64,000 nt of DNA from Candidatus Amulumruptor caecigallinarius (GTDB lineage: Bacteria > Bacteroidota > Bacteroidia > Bacteroidales > Muribaculaceae). Shown here in pieces: positions 1 through 9,252 of this stretch. The notes below the pieces were generated by a model that saw only the letters and a program-made list of their open reading frames with translations, did not search any database and was not told where the DNA came from. Both the position numbers and the translations under genes were made by a program. Each line of letters begins with the position of its first letter. Position 1 is the first letter of the stretch. The stretch lies in contig JAMPDP010000001.1 of NCBI GenBank assembly GCA_023665605.1, positions 456,115 through 520,114 on the forward strand. The letters run 5' to 3'.

Positions 1-1032
1 CTGCTCCCAGACTCAGTGCCACAGCTATATATTTTGGTCGTTGGAGAGACCTCCAGGGCTGCCAATTGGCAACTCATGGGCTATGAACGAGACACCAACC
101 CACGCCTGTCACGGCGTGACGGAGTGTTCACTTTCAGCAACGTGCTCTCCGAGAGCAACACCACCCACAAGAGCGTGCCGATGCTCCTGAGCTCGCTCAA
201 TGCGTCGACATACGATTCTCTCCCTGCGGTAAAGAGCATCATCAGTGCATTTCGGGAGGCCGGCTTCGCCACTGCCGTAATCACGGCTCAGAAGCGCAAT
301 CACAGCTACATAGAATTCTTCTGCAATGAGGCCGACACCACACTGTGGCTCGCTGAGTCAGTCGCTGACAGGCCGGTCACTGACATGGATCTGCTCACCC
401 CCGTAGCTGAACGCATCGCAGCACGGGCTCCACGACAAATGATTTTGGTGCACGCTTACGGCTCACACTTTGAGTATCGCGACCGCTACCCGGAGTCCAT
501 GGCCCACTTCATGCCTGACGGGCCCTGTAAAGCTGATAAGATCAACCGCGACAAGCTCATAAATGCCTACGACAACACCATCCGCACCACCGACCTGATC
601 CTTGACTCGATAGCGTCCCTCGCCGAAGCTGCCGGCATCCGCGCGGCGATGATCTACACCAGCGACCATGGTGAGGACATTTTCGACGGCGGGCGTGACA
701 ACTTCCTCCACGCCTCCCCGGTGCCCACGGCGATGCAGGTGCATGTTCCCATGCTCTTGTGGCTCTCCGGCACCTACCGTGCCGATTCCCCCGAGGCTAT
801 GCCGCTACTCCGCGCCCGGCAAACAACCCCGGTAAGCAGCTCCCGCAGCTACTTCCATACCGCCCTGCAGATGGCCGGTATCGCTACCCACGCTTCTGAC
901 GCCACCGCCTCTCTCCTCTCCCCGACGTACACACACTCCAATCAGCTCTATCTCACCGACTCCAACCAGCCACTCCCCCTCATCACCCTCCTGAACCGCT
1001 ACCGCGAACCCCTCCCGGCCTCGCTCAAATAA
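1..1032 (+). CDS. Phosphoethanolamine transferase / sulfatase-family protein (EptA-like), C-terminal part. The 5' end is truncated by the window edge.
   Basis: The open frame runs from base 1 with no start. Sulfatase-domain-like motifs are present (HAYGSHFEY, YDNTIRTTD, YTSDHGEDIF). The ORF track shows a 338-aa product. Confidence 0.55.
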   Translation: MLPDSVPQLYILVVGETSRAANWQLMGYERDTNPRLSRRDGVFTFSNVLSESNTTHKSVPMLLSSLNASTYDSLPAVKSIISAFREAGFATAVITAQKRNHSYIEFFCNEADTTLWLAESVADRPVTDMDLLTPVAERIAARAPRQMILVHAYGSHFEYRDRYPESMAHFMPDGPCKADKINRDKLINAYDNTIRTTDLILDSIASLAEAAGIRAAMIYTSDHGEDIFDGGRDNFLHASPVPTAMQVHVPMLLWLSGTYRADSPEAMPLLRARQTTPVSSSRSYFHTALQMAGIATHASDATASLLSPTYTHSNQLYLTDSNQPLPLITLLNRYREPLPASLK

Positions 1033-1095
1033 CCGCCACTGACAGAAACCACTGCCGGAGGGCACTGCTGAGAGCTTCATGTCGTGGAAATTTCG

Positions 1096-1103
1096 TACCT
1101 TTG
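1096..1103 (+). promoter_or_regulatory. Bacteroidota-type -7 promoter element (TAnnTTTG: TACCTTTG) upstream of the first M48 peptidase gene
   Basis: The exact string cgTACCTTTGc recurs upstream of carA (4649-4656) and ileS (54718-54725). It matches the established Bacteroidetes sigma-A -7 consensus. Confidence 0.45.
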
Positions 1104-1186
1104 CACAGCTCTTAGAGGTTGTTTAAAAGCAACCTCTTAGGAGCCACAAGCTATACAAACATATCAATCTGACACTTTCTTAGTCA

Positions 1187-1984
1187 ATGAAACGTAATTT
1201 CAGCTCTATCCTCGTTATCCTTGCCGCCCTGCTCATGGCTCCCGTGGCAAGTGCCCAGTTCAACCTCGGCAAAGCTGTCAATGCCGGCAGCAAAGCTGTC
1301 CAGGCCTTTACACTCACCGATGCCCAGATGGCTGCCTACGTCAAGGAGGCCGTGGACTGGATGGACAAGAACAACCCCGTGCCGGGTGAGGACGACCCCT
1401 ACACCCAGCGTCTGCGCCGCCTCACTGCCAACCTCAAGGATGTGGAGGGTATTCCCCTCAACTTCAAGGTATACGACGTGATTGATGTCAACGCCTTTGC
1501 CTGCGCCGACGGCTCCGTGCGCGTGTTCAGTTCTCTGATGGATCTGATGACCGATGAGGAAGTACTCGGTGTTATCGGTCACGAGATAGGCCACGTTGCC
1601 AAGAAGCACTCCAAGAACGCCTTTAAGACCGAGCTTCTCGCTGCTGCCGGCAAGGATGCCCTCTCATCAGCGGGTGGCACCGTTGCCAAGCTCTCTGATT
1701 CACAGCTCGGCTCACTCGGCGAGTCGCTCCTCAACGCCAAGTACTCTCAGAAGCAGGAGAAAGAGGCCGATGACTACGGCTACGATTTCCTCAAGAAGAA
1801 CGGCATCAACCCCTGGGCTATGGCTCTGGCATTCACCAAGCTCCAGCAGCTTGAGAATGAGGGTGGCCAGACTCAGAGCAAGATGGAGAAGATGTTCTCC
1901 TCGCACCCCGACACCGATGCCCGCATCAAGAAGATGAGCGAGCGTGCCACAAAGGACGGCTTCACCAAGCCCGAGAACAAGTAA
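1187..1984 (+). CDS. M48-family Zn metallopeptidase, secreted/lipoprotein (signal peptide, HEIGH motif)
   Basis: The N-terminus is signal-like (MKRNFSSILVILAALLMAPVASAQ). It carries an HExxH motif (GHEIGHVAKKH) and is 265 aa. Confidence 0.7.
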   Translation: MKRNFSSILVILAALLMAPVASAQFNLGKAVNAGSKAVQAFTLTDAQMAAYVKEAVDWMDKNNPVPGEDDPYTQRLRRLTANLKDVEGIPLNFKVYDVIDVNAFACADGSVRVFSSLMDLMTDEEVLGVIGHEIGHVAKKHSKNAFKTELLAAAGKDALSSAGGTVAKLSDSQLGSLGESLLNAKYSQKQEKEADDYGYDFLKKNGINPWAMALAFTKLQQLENEGGQTQSKMEKMFSSHPDTDARIKKMSERATKDGFTKPENK

Positions 1985-2091
1985 CCTGTCCACACGCATC
2001 CTGTCAAGTGAGAGCTTGTTCACATTTATTATTAAACAAGCTCTAAGAGGTTGTTCAAAAACACCCTCTTAACTATTATGGCACAAACAAA

Positions 2092-2116
2092 CCGCCCCTC
2101 GGGGCGGTTATTTTTA
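2092..2116 (+). terminator. Rho-independent terminator (CCGCCCCTCGGGGCGG + TTATTTTTA)
   Basis: A perfect GC hairpin followed by a T-run, located between the two M48 paralogs. Confidence 0.6.
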
Positions 2117-2132
2117 TATATACCTTTCACAT

Positions 2133-3134
2133 ATGAAACGCCTACGCTTCCTCACGGCTACTCTGGCTGCCGCAATGCTTGCCACGGCTCCGGCGGCTGA
2201 AGCCTTTGACCTCGAAACCCTGGTGGGGAGTCTCGGTAAGGCTTATCAGGCATATAACATCTCCGACGGCGAGGTGCGCCAATATGTCACACAGGCCGTC
2301 ACGGAGATGGATGGCGACAACAAGGTGCTGCCCGAGAGTTCGCCCTACACCAAGCGCCTCCGCCGCGTCACCTTCGGCCTCACATCAATAGACGGCATAC
2401 CTCTTAACTTCAAGGTATATCAAACTTCGGATGTCAACGCGTTCGCTTGTGCCGACGGCTCGGTACGTGTCTACACCGGATTGATGGACTTGATGGATGA
2501 CAACGAGCTCCTTGGTGTCATCGGCCACGAGCTCGGGCATGTGGCTTTGCACCACTCACGCAACGCCATGCGCAATGCCCTGCTCACCTCCGCGGGCAAG
2601 GATGCCCTCGGCTCAGTTGGTGGCATCGTCGGCTCCCTCTCCAAGTCGCAGCTGGGTGCTCTTGGTGAGACGCTTATCAACAGCTCATACTCGCGCAAGC
2701 AGGAGAGCGAGGCTGACGATTACGGCTACGATTTCCTCAAGCAAAACGGTAAAAATCCGTGGGCTATGGCTCTCGCGTTCAGCAAACTCTCATCCATCGA
2801 ACAGCAGGGCGGTGCCGCATCTGACCTCTTCACGCGCATATTCTCCGACCATCCCGACACTCAAAGCCGCATCAGCCATATGGCCGAGCGGGCCACGAAA
2901 GACGGCTTCGCACGGCCGACAGCATCCACCTCAGCCACCGCTTCAAAGTCAACAAACAGCTCCGCGACATCTAAAAAGAGTGCCACGAGTTCCGCAAAGC
3001 AGGTAAAGCGGCAGGCCCAATCTGCCTCCGCAACCGGGCAGAAAACCACCGGCGGCTTCCATCTTGAACAAGTGCAGCATGGTAGCATCGGCAACTCCAC
3101 CGAACGCGCCATCCGCCATTCCACCGGCCGCTAA
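2133..3134 (+). CDS. M48-family Zn metallopeptidase, tandem paralog of the upstream gene, with a C-terminal Ser/Thr/Ala-rich low-complexity tail
   Basis: Signal peptide and GHELGHVALHH motif. It is collinear with the upstream paralog across about 250 aa, then continues as TASTSATASKSTNSSATSKKSATSS... Confidence 0.7.
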   Translation: MKRLRFLTATLAAAMLATAPAAEAFDLETLVGSLGKAYQAYNISDGEVRQYVTQAVTEMDGDNKVLPESSPYTKRLRRVTFGLTSIDGIPLNFKVYQTSDVNAFACADGSVRVYTGLMDLMDDNELLGVIGHELGHVALHHSRNAMRNALLTSAGKDALGSVGGIVGSLSKSQLGALGETLINSSYSRKQESEADDYGYDFLKQNGKNPWAMALAFSKLSSIEQQGGAASDLFTRIFSDHPDTQSRISHMAERATKDGFARPTASTSATASKSTNSSATSKKSATSSAKQVKRQAQSASATGQKTTGGFHLEQVQHGSIGNSTERAIRHSTGR

Positions 3135-3180
3135 CTGCTGCATACACACCCACCGCGACCATAACTTCCCATAACGAAAT

Positions 3181-3218
3181 AACCGGGTATGCCTCCAGAG
3201 GTGCAGGCATACCCGGTT
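3181..3218. terminator. Bidirectional hairpin terminator between convergent genes
   Basis: AACCGGGTATGCCT...AGGCATACCCGGTT forms a 14-bp stem. It sits between the + gene ending at 3134 and the - gene ending at 3285. Confidence 0.5.
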
Positions 3219-3284
3219 GTTCGCTACTGACGGTGTTGCGGAATCAGCTCAGTCGTCAGGTCATGCGTTAGGTTCTGGGACGGA

Positions 3285-4052
3285 TTACAGCTCGGAATTC
3301 TCGAACTTCACCTCGCAGACATCGCCGCTGTTCTTACCCTTATAGCGGTAGATTAAGCCGGCATTTGCGCCCTTGGTGAGCTTCACGATGTCACGCACGG
3401 AGCGGTCGGTCTTCATGGTCTTGGCCAGGTCCTTGCGGAGCTCATCCTTGTGCCCCTTGACTGTGGCAATGGTGGTGGGGTCGTCAGAGTCATCAACAGT
3501 GAAAAGGTATATCACATAGTTGCCGTCATATGAGATGGAGGTCATCTCTGTCTCCTTATCCACCGGCATGGGGCACATCGAGTTGCTCAGCTCTACCTGC
3601 ATGCGCAGCTTGGTCTGCTCATCATCAGCAACCTTACCCTCCATAATATCCTTGATCTCGGCGGGTGTGAACACCACGGTAATATCGGCACCCTTCGGGC
3701 CCTTGGAGTAGTAGTTCACGGCCAGCGATGCGTTCTCCTTCTCAAGAGCCTGGCCAAGCCGGCCGTTGTCTGACTGGAGCAGCTTGGGGAGCATGGGCAT
3801 GATAGCGGCCTTCATCAGCTCCTCCTTGCCCACGAGCTGCTGCAGGGGGAATGCACGTGACATGACGAGGCAGCGGAACGTAAGCGTATTGTCATCGTAA
3901 GTCACGGACTCAATCTTGCCCATGCCGTTGAGTGTCACGGGACATGCTTTGTTGGCGCGCTCAGCCTCTTCCTTCAGTGAGGGACCTGATGAACATGCAA
4001 CGGCCATGAGGGCCACGGCGGCTGCCATAGACTTCAGCAGAATAGATTTCAT
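3285..4052 (-). CDS. Hypothetical lipoprotein
   Basis: Lipoprotein signal peptide (MKSILLKSMAAAVALMAVAC|SS). 255 aa. I recognise no catalytic motif. Confidence 0.55.
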   Translation of the reverse strand: MKSILLKSMAAAVALMAVACSSGPSLKEEAERANKACPVTLNGMGKIESVTYDDNTLTFRCLVMSRAFPLQQLVGKEELMKAAIMPMLPKLLQSDNGRLGQALEKENASLAVNYYSKGPKGADITVVFTPAEIKDIMEGKVADDEQTKLRMQVELSNSMCPMPVDKETEMTSISYDGNYVIYLFTVDDSDDPTTIATVKGHKDELRKDLAKTMKTDRSVRDIVKLTKGANAGLIYRYKGKNSGDVCEVKFENSEL

Positions 4053-4335
4053 AATCTCTACTTTTTAGCTTTGTGATTAATAAATTGTATAGCTGTCAGA
4101 TGTGTTAACAGCTGCAAATTTACGCATTTTTCTCCGAAATATAAACCCCGGGCAAAAAAGTATCCCGGTTGTCCACCAGGGTATAGCAGGAATACTAACA
4201 TAAAATGCACAAAAATGTCAATTCAGATAAAAAAATTGCTAAAAAATATTGGGCAGTGTCAAAAACTATTTTTAAATTTGCCACATAGACTAACACGTTT
4301 TATATTTTACCATAACATTTCTAATCCATTAACCA

Positions 4336-4512
4336 ATGAAAAATCTTGTAGAAAAGGCTGCTGCCGCTTACGACACCTTCAAGAAGGACGCTGAGGCTCA
4401 GATTGCCAACGGTAACAAGGCTGCCGGCGCACGCGCACGCAAGGCCTCCCTCGAGCTGGAGAAGCTCATGAAGGAGTTCCGCAAGCTCTCTCTTGAGGCT
4501 GCCAAGAACTAA
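4336..4512 (+). CDS. Small Lys/Ala-rich histone H1-like nucleoid protein (58 aa). It is absent from the ORF track because it is under 60 aa.
   Basis: Translated here as MKNLVEKAAAAYDTFKKDAEAQIANGNKAAGARARKASLELEKLMKEFRKLSLEAAKN. An AT-rich promoter region lies upstream and a hairpin lies downstream at 4547-4580. Confidence 0.45.
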   Translation: MKNLVEKAAAAYDTFKKDAEAQIANGNKAAGARARKASLELEKLMKEFRKLSLEAAKN

Positions 4513-4713
4513 TAATCGGCAACCGCAAAGCTCTCAGCAACGAATACGGAGCGCCAACCTCCCCGCAGGTTGGCGCTCCGCATATCCATACCCATGTGTG
4601 AACCACATTCATGTTGACCGGGTGCTTGCGGTTTGCGGAAAAAATCAGTACCTTTGCGGGCGGAAAAATACAGGTTTTTCATTCACATAGGCCCCAAGGC
4701 TTACAGACAGATT

Positions 4714-5784
4714 ATGCAAGAACCCAAGCGCGCCCTGCTCATTCTTGAGGATGGCACTACATTTGAAGGGAAATCCTTCGGCTATGACGGCTCCACGGCC
4801 GGGGAAGTGGTGTTTAACACAGCGATGACCGGATACCCGGAGAGTCTTACGGACCCGTCATATGAGGGACAGATTCTGGTCACCACCTATCCTATTTTGG
4901 GCAATTACGGTGTGCCTCCCCGCCGACAGAAGGATGATGTGAGTGAGTATTATGAGAGCGACCACATCCACGCAAAGGCGATTGTGGCTCAAGACTATTC
5001 ATTCAACCACTCCCACTGGCAGGCTGACCGCTCATTGGCTGATTGGCTCAAGGAGGAGAAGATTACCGGCATCTACGGCATCGATACCCGTGCGCTCACC
5101 AAGCACCTCCGTGAGCATGGCTCAATGCTTGGCAAAATCACCGTTGAAGGCTCGCCTGAGGTTGACTTCTATGACCCGAATCAGGACAACCTGGTGGCAA
5201 AGGCCTCATGTACCTCGGTGGAGGAACATGGCGCGGGCGACAAGACAGTGGTGCTGATAGACTGCGGCGTGAAGCACAACATCATTCGCTGCCTTACCCG
5301 CCGCGGCGTCAAGGTGATCCGTGTGCCTTGGGACTTTGATGTCACCTCCATCCCCTATGACGGTCTGTTCATATCTAACGGCCCGGGCAATCCGGACATG
5401 GCCGACAAGACCGTGGAGACCATCCGTAAAGCCATAGAGATTGGCAAGCCCATCTGCGGCATCTGCATGGGCAACCAGTTGCTGTCCAAAGCTGCCGGTG
5501 CCAAGACCTACAAACTCAAATACGGGCACCGTAGCCATAATCAGCCGGTGCGCCAGTGCGGCACCGACCGTTGCTTCGTCACGTCGCAGAACCATGGTTT
5601 CGCTGTGGACTCCTCGACGCTGGGTGATGATTGGGAACCGCTGTTCGTCAACATGAACGACGGCACCAACGAGGGCATCCGCCACAAGACGAAGCCATTC
5701 TTCTCAGCACAATTCCACCCTGAGGCGTCATCAGGCCCCAAGGACACAGAGTTTATCTTTGACGACTTTATCGCCCTGCTCTAA
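4714..5784 (+). CDS. carA: Carbamoyl-phosphate synthase small (glutaminase) subunit
   Basis: The start was trimmed to MQEPKRALLILEDGT. Class-I glutamine amidotransferase motifs are present (GICMGNQ, catalytic Cys, HNQ). The -7 motif TACCTTTG lies at 4649-4656. Confidence 0.9.
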   Translation: MQEPKRALLILEDGTTFEGKSFGYDGSTAGEVVFNTAMTGYPESLTDPSYEGQILVTTYPILGNYGVPPRRQKDDVSEYYESDHIHAKAIVAQDYSFNHSHWQADRSLADWLKEEKITGIYGIDTRALTKHLREHGSMLGKITVEGSPEVDFYDPNQDNLVAKASCTSVEEHGAGDKTVVLIDCGVKHNIIRCLTRRGVKVIRVPWDFDVTSIPYDGLFISNGPGNPDMADKTVETIRKAIEIGKPICGICMGNQLLSKAAGAKTYKLKYGHRSHNQPVRQCGTDRCFVTSQNHGFAVDSSTLGDDWEPLFVNMNDGTNEGIRHKTKPFFSAQFHPEASSGPKDTEFIFDDFIALL

Positions 5785-5867
5785 GCGGGGTGATACCATA
5801 TAATATACCTCCCCTCCCCCAGTCCAACCACACTCTCATCACATACCACCCCATACGCAGCACGACT

Positions 5868-8800
5868 ATGACCGCAACTAACCGTTATGACTTCCACAAG
5901 GTGCTCCTCCTCGGGAGCGGGGCCCTGAAAATCGGCGAGGCAGGCGAATTTGACTACTCCGGCTCACAGGCCCTCAAAGCCATGAAGGAGGAGGGCATCG
6001 AGACGGTGCTCATCAACCCCAACATCGCCACTGTGCAGACATCAGACGGGTTTGCTGACAAGATTTACTTCCTGCCGGTTACTCCCTACTTCGTGGAGAA
6101 AGTCATCGAGAAGGAGCGTCCTGACGGCATCCTTCTGGCATTCGGCGGTCAGACAGCCCTGAACTGCGGCGTGGCACTGAGCGAGAGCGGCGTGCTTGAG
6201 AAGTATGACGTGAAGGTGCTCGGCACACCGGTACGTGCCATCATGGACACCGAGGATCGCGAGCTCTTCATCAAGAAGCTTGATGAGATTGATGTCAAGA
6301 CCATCAAGAGCGAGGCCGTCAACACCACAGCCGATGCCATCCGCGCCGCCCGCGAGCTCGGCTACCCGGTGATAGTGCGTGCCGCCTACGCGCTCGGCGG
6401 ACTCGGCAGCGGGTTCTGTGACAATGAGGAGGAGCTGGTGGAGCGTTGTGAGAAGGCATTGTCATTCTCGCCTCAGGTGCTTGTGGAAAAGAGCCTGAAG
6501 GGGTGGAAAGAGGTGGAATATGAGGTGGTGCGTGACCGCTTCGACAACTGTATCACCGTCTGCAACATGGAGAACTTCGACCCGCTGGGCATCCACACCG
6601 GCGAGAGCATCGTGGTGGCACCCTCGCAGACGCTCACCAACGAAGACTACCACTACCTGCGCAAGCTCGCCATCAAAATCATACGCCACGTGGGCATCGT
6701 GGGCGAGTGCAACGTGCAGTATGCCTTTGACCCGCGCTCGATGGATTACCGCGTCATTGAGGTCAACGCCCGCCTGAGCCGCTCATCGGCCCTGGCCTCC
6801 AAGGCCACCGGCTACCCTCTGGCATTCGTTGCCGCAAAGCTCGGCCTGGGCTACGGACTGTTTGACCTGCGCAACTCCGTGACCAAAGACACCTCAGCAT
6901 TCTTCGAGCCGGCGCTGGACTATATAGTGTGCAAGATACCCCGCTGGGACCTTGGCAAGTTCCATGGTGTGAACCGCGAGATCGGTTCCTCGATGAAGTC
7001 CGTTGGCGAAGTGATGGCCATAGGACGCACCTTTGAGGAGGTTATCCAGAAGGGTCTTCGCATGATAGGTCAGGGAATGCACGGATTTGTCGAGAACAAG
7101 TTCATGGCTGTGGATGACATAGACCGCGCTCTGGCCGCTCCTACCGACAAGCGTATCTTCGTCATATCGCAAGCTATGCAGAAGGGGTACACGGTAGACC
7201 GCATCCATGAGCTCACCAAGATTGACAAGTGGTTCCTCTACAAGCTCCAGAACATCATAGACACCTCTCGCGAGCTGGAGAAGTATGATGAGGTTGAAGC
7301 TCTCCCCGCCGACCTCATGCGTCAGGCCAAGAGCCAGGGTTTCAGCGACTTCCAGGTTGCCCGCAGTGTACTTGGCGACAAGATGAACACAGAGTCAGTG
7401 GCCGGCAGCGATGCCGTCCGCGCCCATCGCAAGGCTCTCGGCATACTCCCGGTTGTGAAGCAGATCGACACCCTTGCCGCGGAGTATCCCGCCATGACCA
7501 ACTACCTCTACCTCACATATAACGGCACCACCAACGATGTGAACTACCTCCATGACCACCGCTCCATCATAGTGCTCGGTTCGGGGGCTTACCGCATCGG
7601 CTCATCCGTAGAGTTTGACTGGTGTTCGGTGAACGCACTGATGACCGTCAACAAGGAGGGTTGGCGCTCGGTGATGATCAACTATAACCCCGAGACGGTG
7701 TCCACGGACTATGATATGTGTGACCGCCTCTACTTCGATGAGCTCACCTATGAGCGCGTGATGGACATCATCGAGCTTGAACAGCCACACGGCACCATAC
7801 TCAGCGTGGGCGGCCAGATACCGAACAACCTTGCCACCCGCCTTGACAACAGCGGCGTGAACATCCTTGGGACATCGGCCAAGAGCATTGACAATGCCGA
7901 GGACCGCAACAAGTTCTCAGCAATGCTTGACCGGTTGCACATCGACCAGCCCCGCTGGCGAGAGCTCACCAGCTTCGATGACATCCACAAGTTTATCGAT
8001 GAGGTCGGCTTCCCGGTGCTTGTGCGCCCCAGCTACGTGCTCTCAGGTGCTGCCATGAACGTATGCTCCAACAATGAGGAGCTTGAGCGCTTCCTACGCC
8101 TCGCAGCCAATGTGAGCAAACAGCACCCCGTGGTGGTCACCGAGTTCATCCAGAACGCCAAGGAGATAGAGATGGATGCCGTGGCTCAGAATGGCGAGAT
8201 AGTGGTCTACGCCATTTCGGAGCACATCGAGTTTGCCGGTGTGCACTCGGGCGACGCCACCATCCAGTTCCCGCCGCAGAAGCTCTACGTGGAGACTATG
8301 CGACGCATCAAGAAAGTGTCGTCACAGATAGCCAAGGCTCTCAACATCTCCGGCCCCTTCAACATCCAGTTCCTCGCCAAGAACAATGATATAAAGGTGA
8401 TAGAATGCAACCTGCGCGCCTCACGCAGCTTCCCGTTCGTTAGCAAGGTGCTCAAAATCAACTTCATCGACATCGCAACAAAGGTGATGCTCGGCATCCA
8501 TGTGGACAAGCCCGCCAAGAATGCCTTTGATCTGGACTATGTAGGCATCAAGGCCAGCCAGTTCAGCTTCTCGCGCCTGCAGGGTGCTGACCCCGTGCTG
8601 GGCGTGGATATGTCGTCAACCGGCGAGGTGGGTTGCATCGGCACTGACACTTCCGAGGCACTCCTCAAGGCAATGCTCTCCGTAGGACAGCGCATCCCCG
8701 CCAAGGACAAGGGCGTGCTCCTCTCCACCGGCACGCCCAAGCAGAAAGCCGAGCTGCTTGATGCCGCTCACAAGCTGCACAATGCCGGCTACAAGCTCTA

Positions 8801-9110
8801 CGCCACCGGCGGCACACACCGGTTCCTCAACGATAACGGCATCCCCGCCATCTGCGTGCACTGGCCCAGCGAGCCCGACAAGCAGCCGCAGGCTCTTGAG
8901 CTGCTCCACAACAAGGAGCTTGACCTGGTGGTTAACATCCCCAAGAACCTGTCGAGCGCCGAGCTCACCAACGGCTACAAGATACGCCGCGCAGCCATAG
9001 ACCTCAACGTCTCGCTGATCACCAATGCGCGTCTGGCCTCGGCCTTCATTGACGCCTTTACGTCGCTCCCCATCGACGACATCGAGATTAAGCCCTGGCA
9101 GGAATATTGA
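5868..9110 (+). CDS. carB: Carbamoyl-phosphate synthase large subunit
   Basis: Start MTATNRYDFHKVLLLGSGALKIGEAGEFDYSG. It contains duplicated ATP-grasp halves and an MGS-like C-terminal domain, and is about 1081 aa. The gene is adjacent to carA. Confidence 0.92.
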   Translation: MTATNRYDFHKVLLLGSGALKIGEAGEFDYSGSQALKAMKEEGIETVLINPNIATVQTSDGFADKIYFLPVTPYFVEKVIEKERPDGILLAFGGQTALNCGVALSESGVLEKYDVKVLGTPVRAIMDTEDRELFIKKLDEIDVKTIKSEAVNTTADAIRAARELGYPVIVRAAYALGGLGSGFCDNEEELVERCEKALSFSPQVLVEKSLKGWKEVEYEVVRDRFDNCITVCNMENFDPLGIHTGESIVVAPSQTLTNEDYHYLRKLAIKIIRHVGIVGECNVQYAFDPRSMDYRVIEVNARLSRSSALASKATGYPLAFVAAKLGLGYGLFDLRNSVTKDTSAFFEPALDYIVCKIPRWDLGKFHGVNREIGSSMKSVGEVMAIGRTFEEVIQKGLRMIGQGMHGFVENKFMAVDDIDRALAAPTDKRIFVISQAMQKGYTVDRIHELTKIDKWFLYKLQNIIDTSRELEKYDEVEALPADLMRQAKSQGFSDFQVARSVLGDKMNTESVAGSDAVRAHRKALGILPVVKQIDTLAAEYPAMTNYLYLTYNGTTNDVNYLHDHRSIIVLGSGAYRIGSSVEFDWCSVNALMTVNKEGWRSVMINYNPETVSTDYDMCDRLYFDELTYERVMDIIELEQPHGTILSVGGQIPNNLATRLDNSGVNILGTSAKSIDNAEDRNKFSAMLDRLHIDQPRWRELTSFDDIHKFIDEVGFPVLVRPSYVLSGAAMNVCSNNEELERFLRLAANVSKQHPVVVTEFIQNAKEIEMDAVAQNGEIVVYAISEHIEFAGVHSGDATIQFPPQKLYVETMRRIKKVSSQIAKALNISGPFNIQFLAKNNDIKVIECNLRASRSFPFVSKVLKINFIDIATKVMLGIHVDKPAKNAFDLDYVGIKASQFSFSRLQGADPVLGVDMSSTGEVGCIGTDTSEALLKAMLSVGQRIPAKDKGVLLSTGTPKQKAELLDAAHKLHNAGYKLYATGGTHRFLNDNGIPAICVHWPSEPDKQPQALELLHNKELDLVVNIPKNLSSAELTNGYKIRRAAIDLNVSLITNARLASAFIDAFTSLPIDDIEIKPWQEY

Positions 9111-9252
9111 CCATAGAGCGTCTCACGCCGCTACTTACAGCGACTTGCAGGGGATCGCGTGCCGAAACATGCAGGCCTCCTGATTTGTTGTAGGGGATAG
9201 GAGGCTCGGTAACCAGTGCCTCGTACCACCGTTCACGCCCACATCACCGGCT

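Noticed and set aside
4547-4580. Hairpin GGAGCGCCAACC-TCCCCGCA-GGTTGGCGCTCC after the histone-like ORF, considered as a riboswitch or attenuator for carA.
   Set aside because: It is a simple 12-bp stem directly after a stop codon and before the carA promoter motif. It is most simply a terminator and does not resemble any riboswitch architecture I know.
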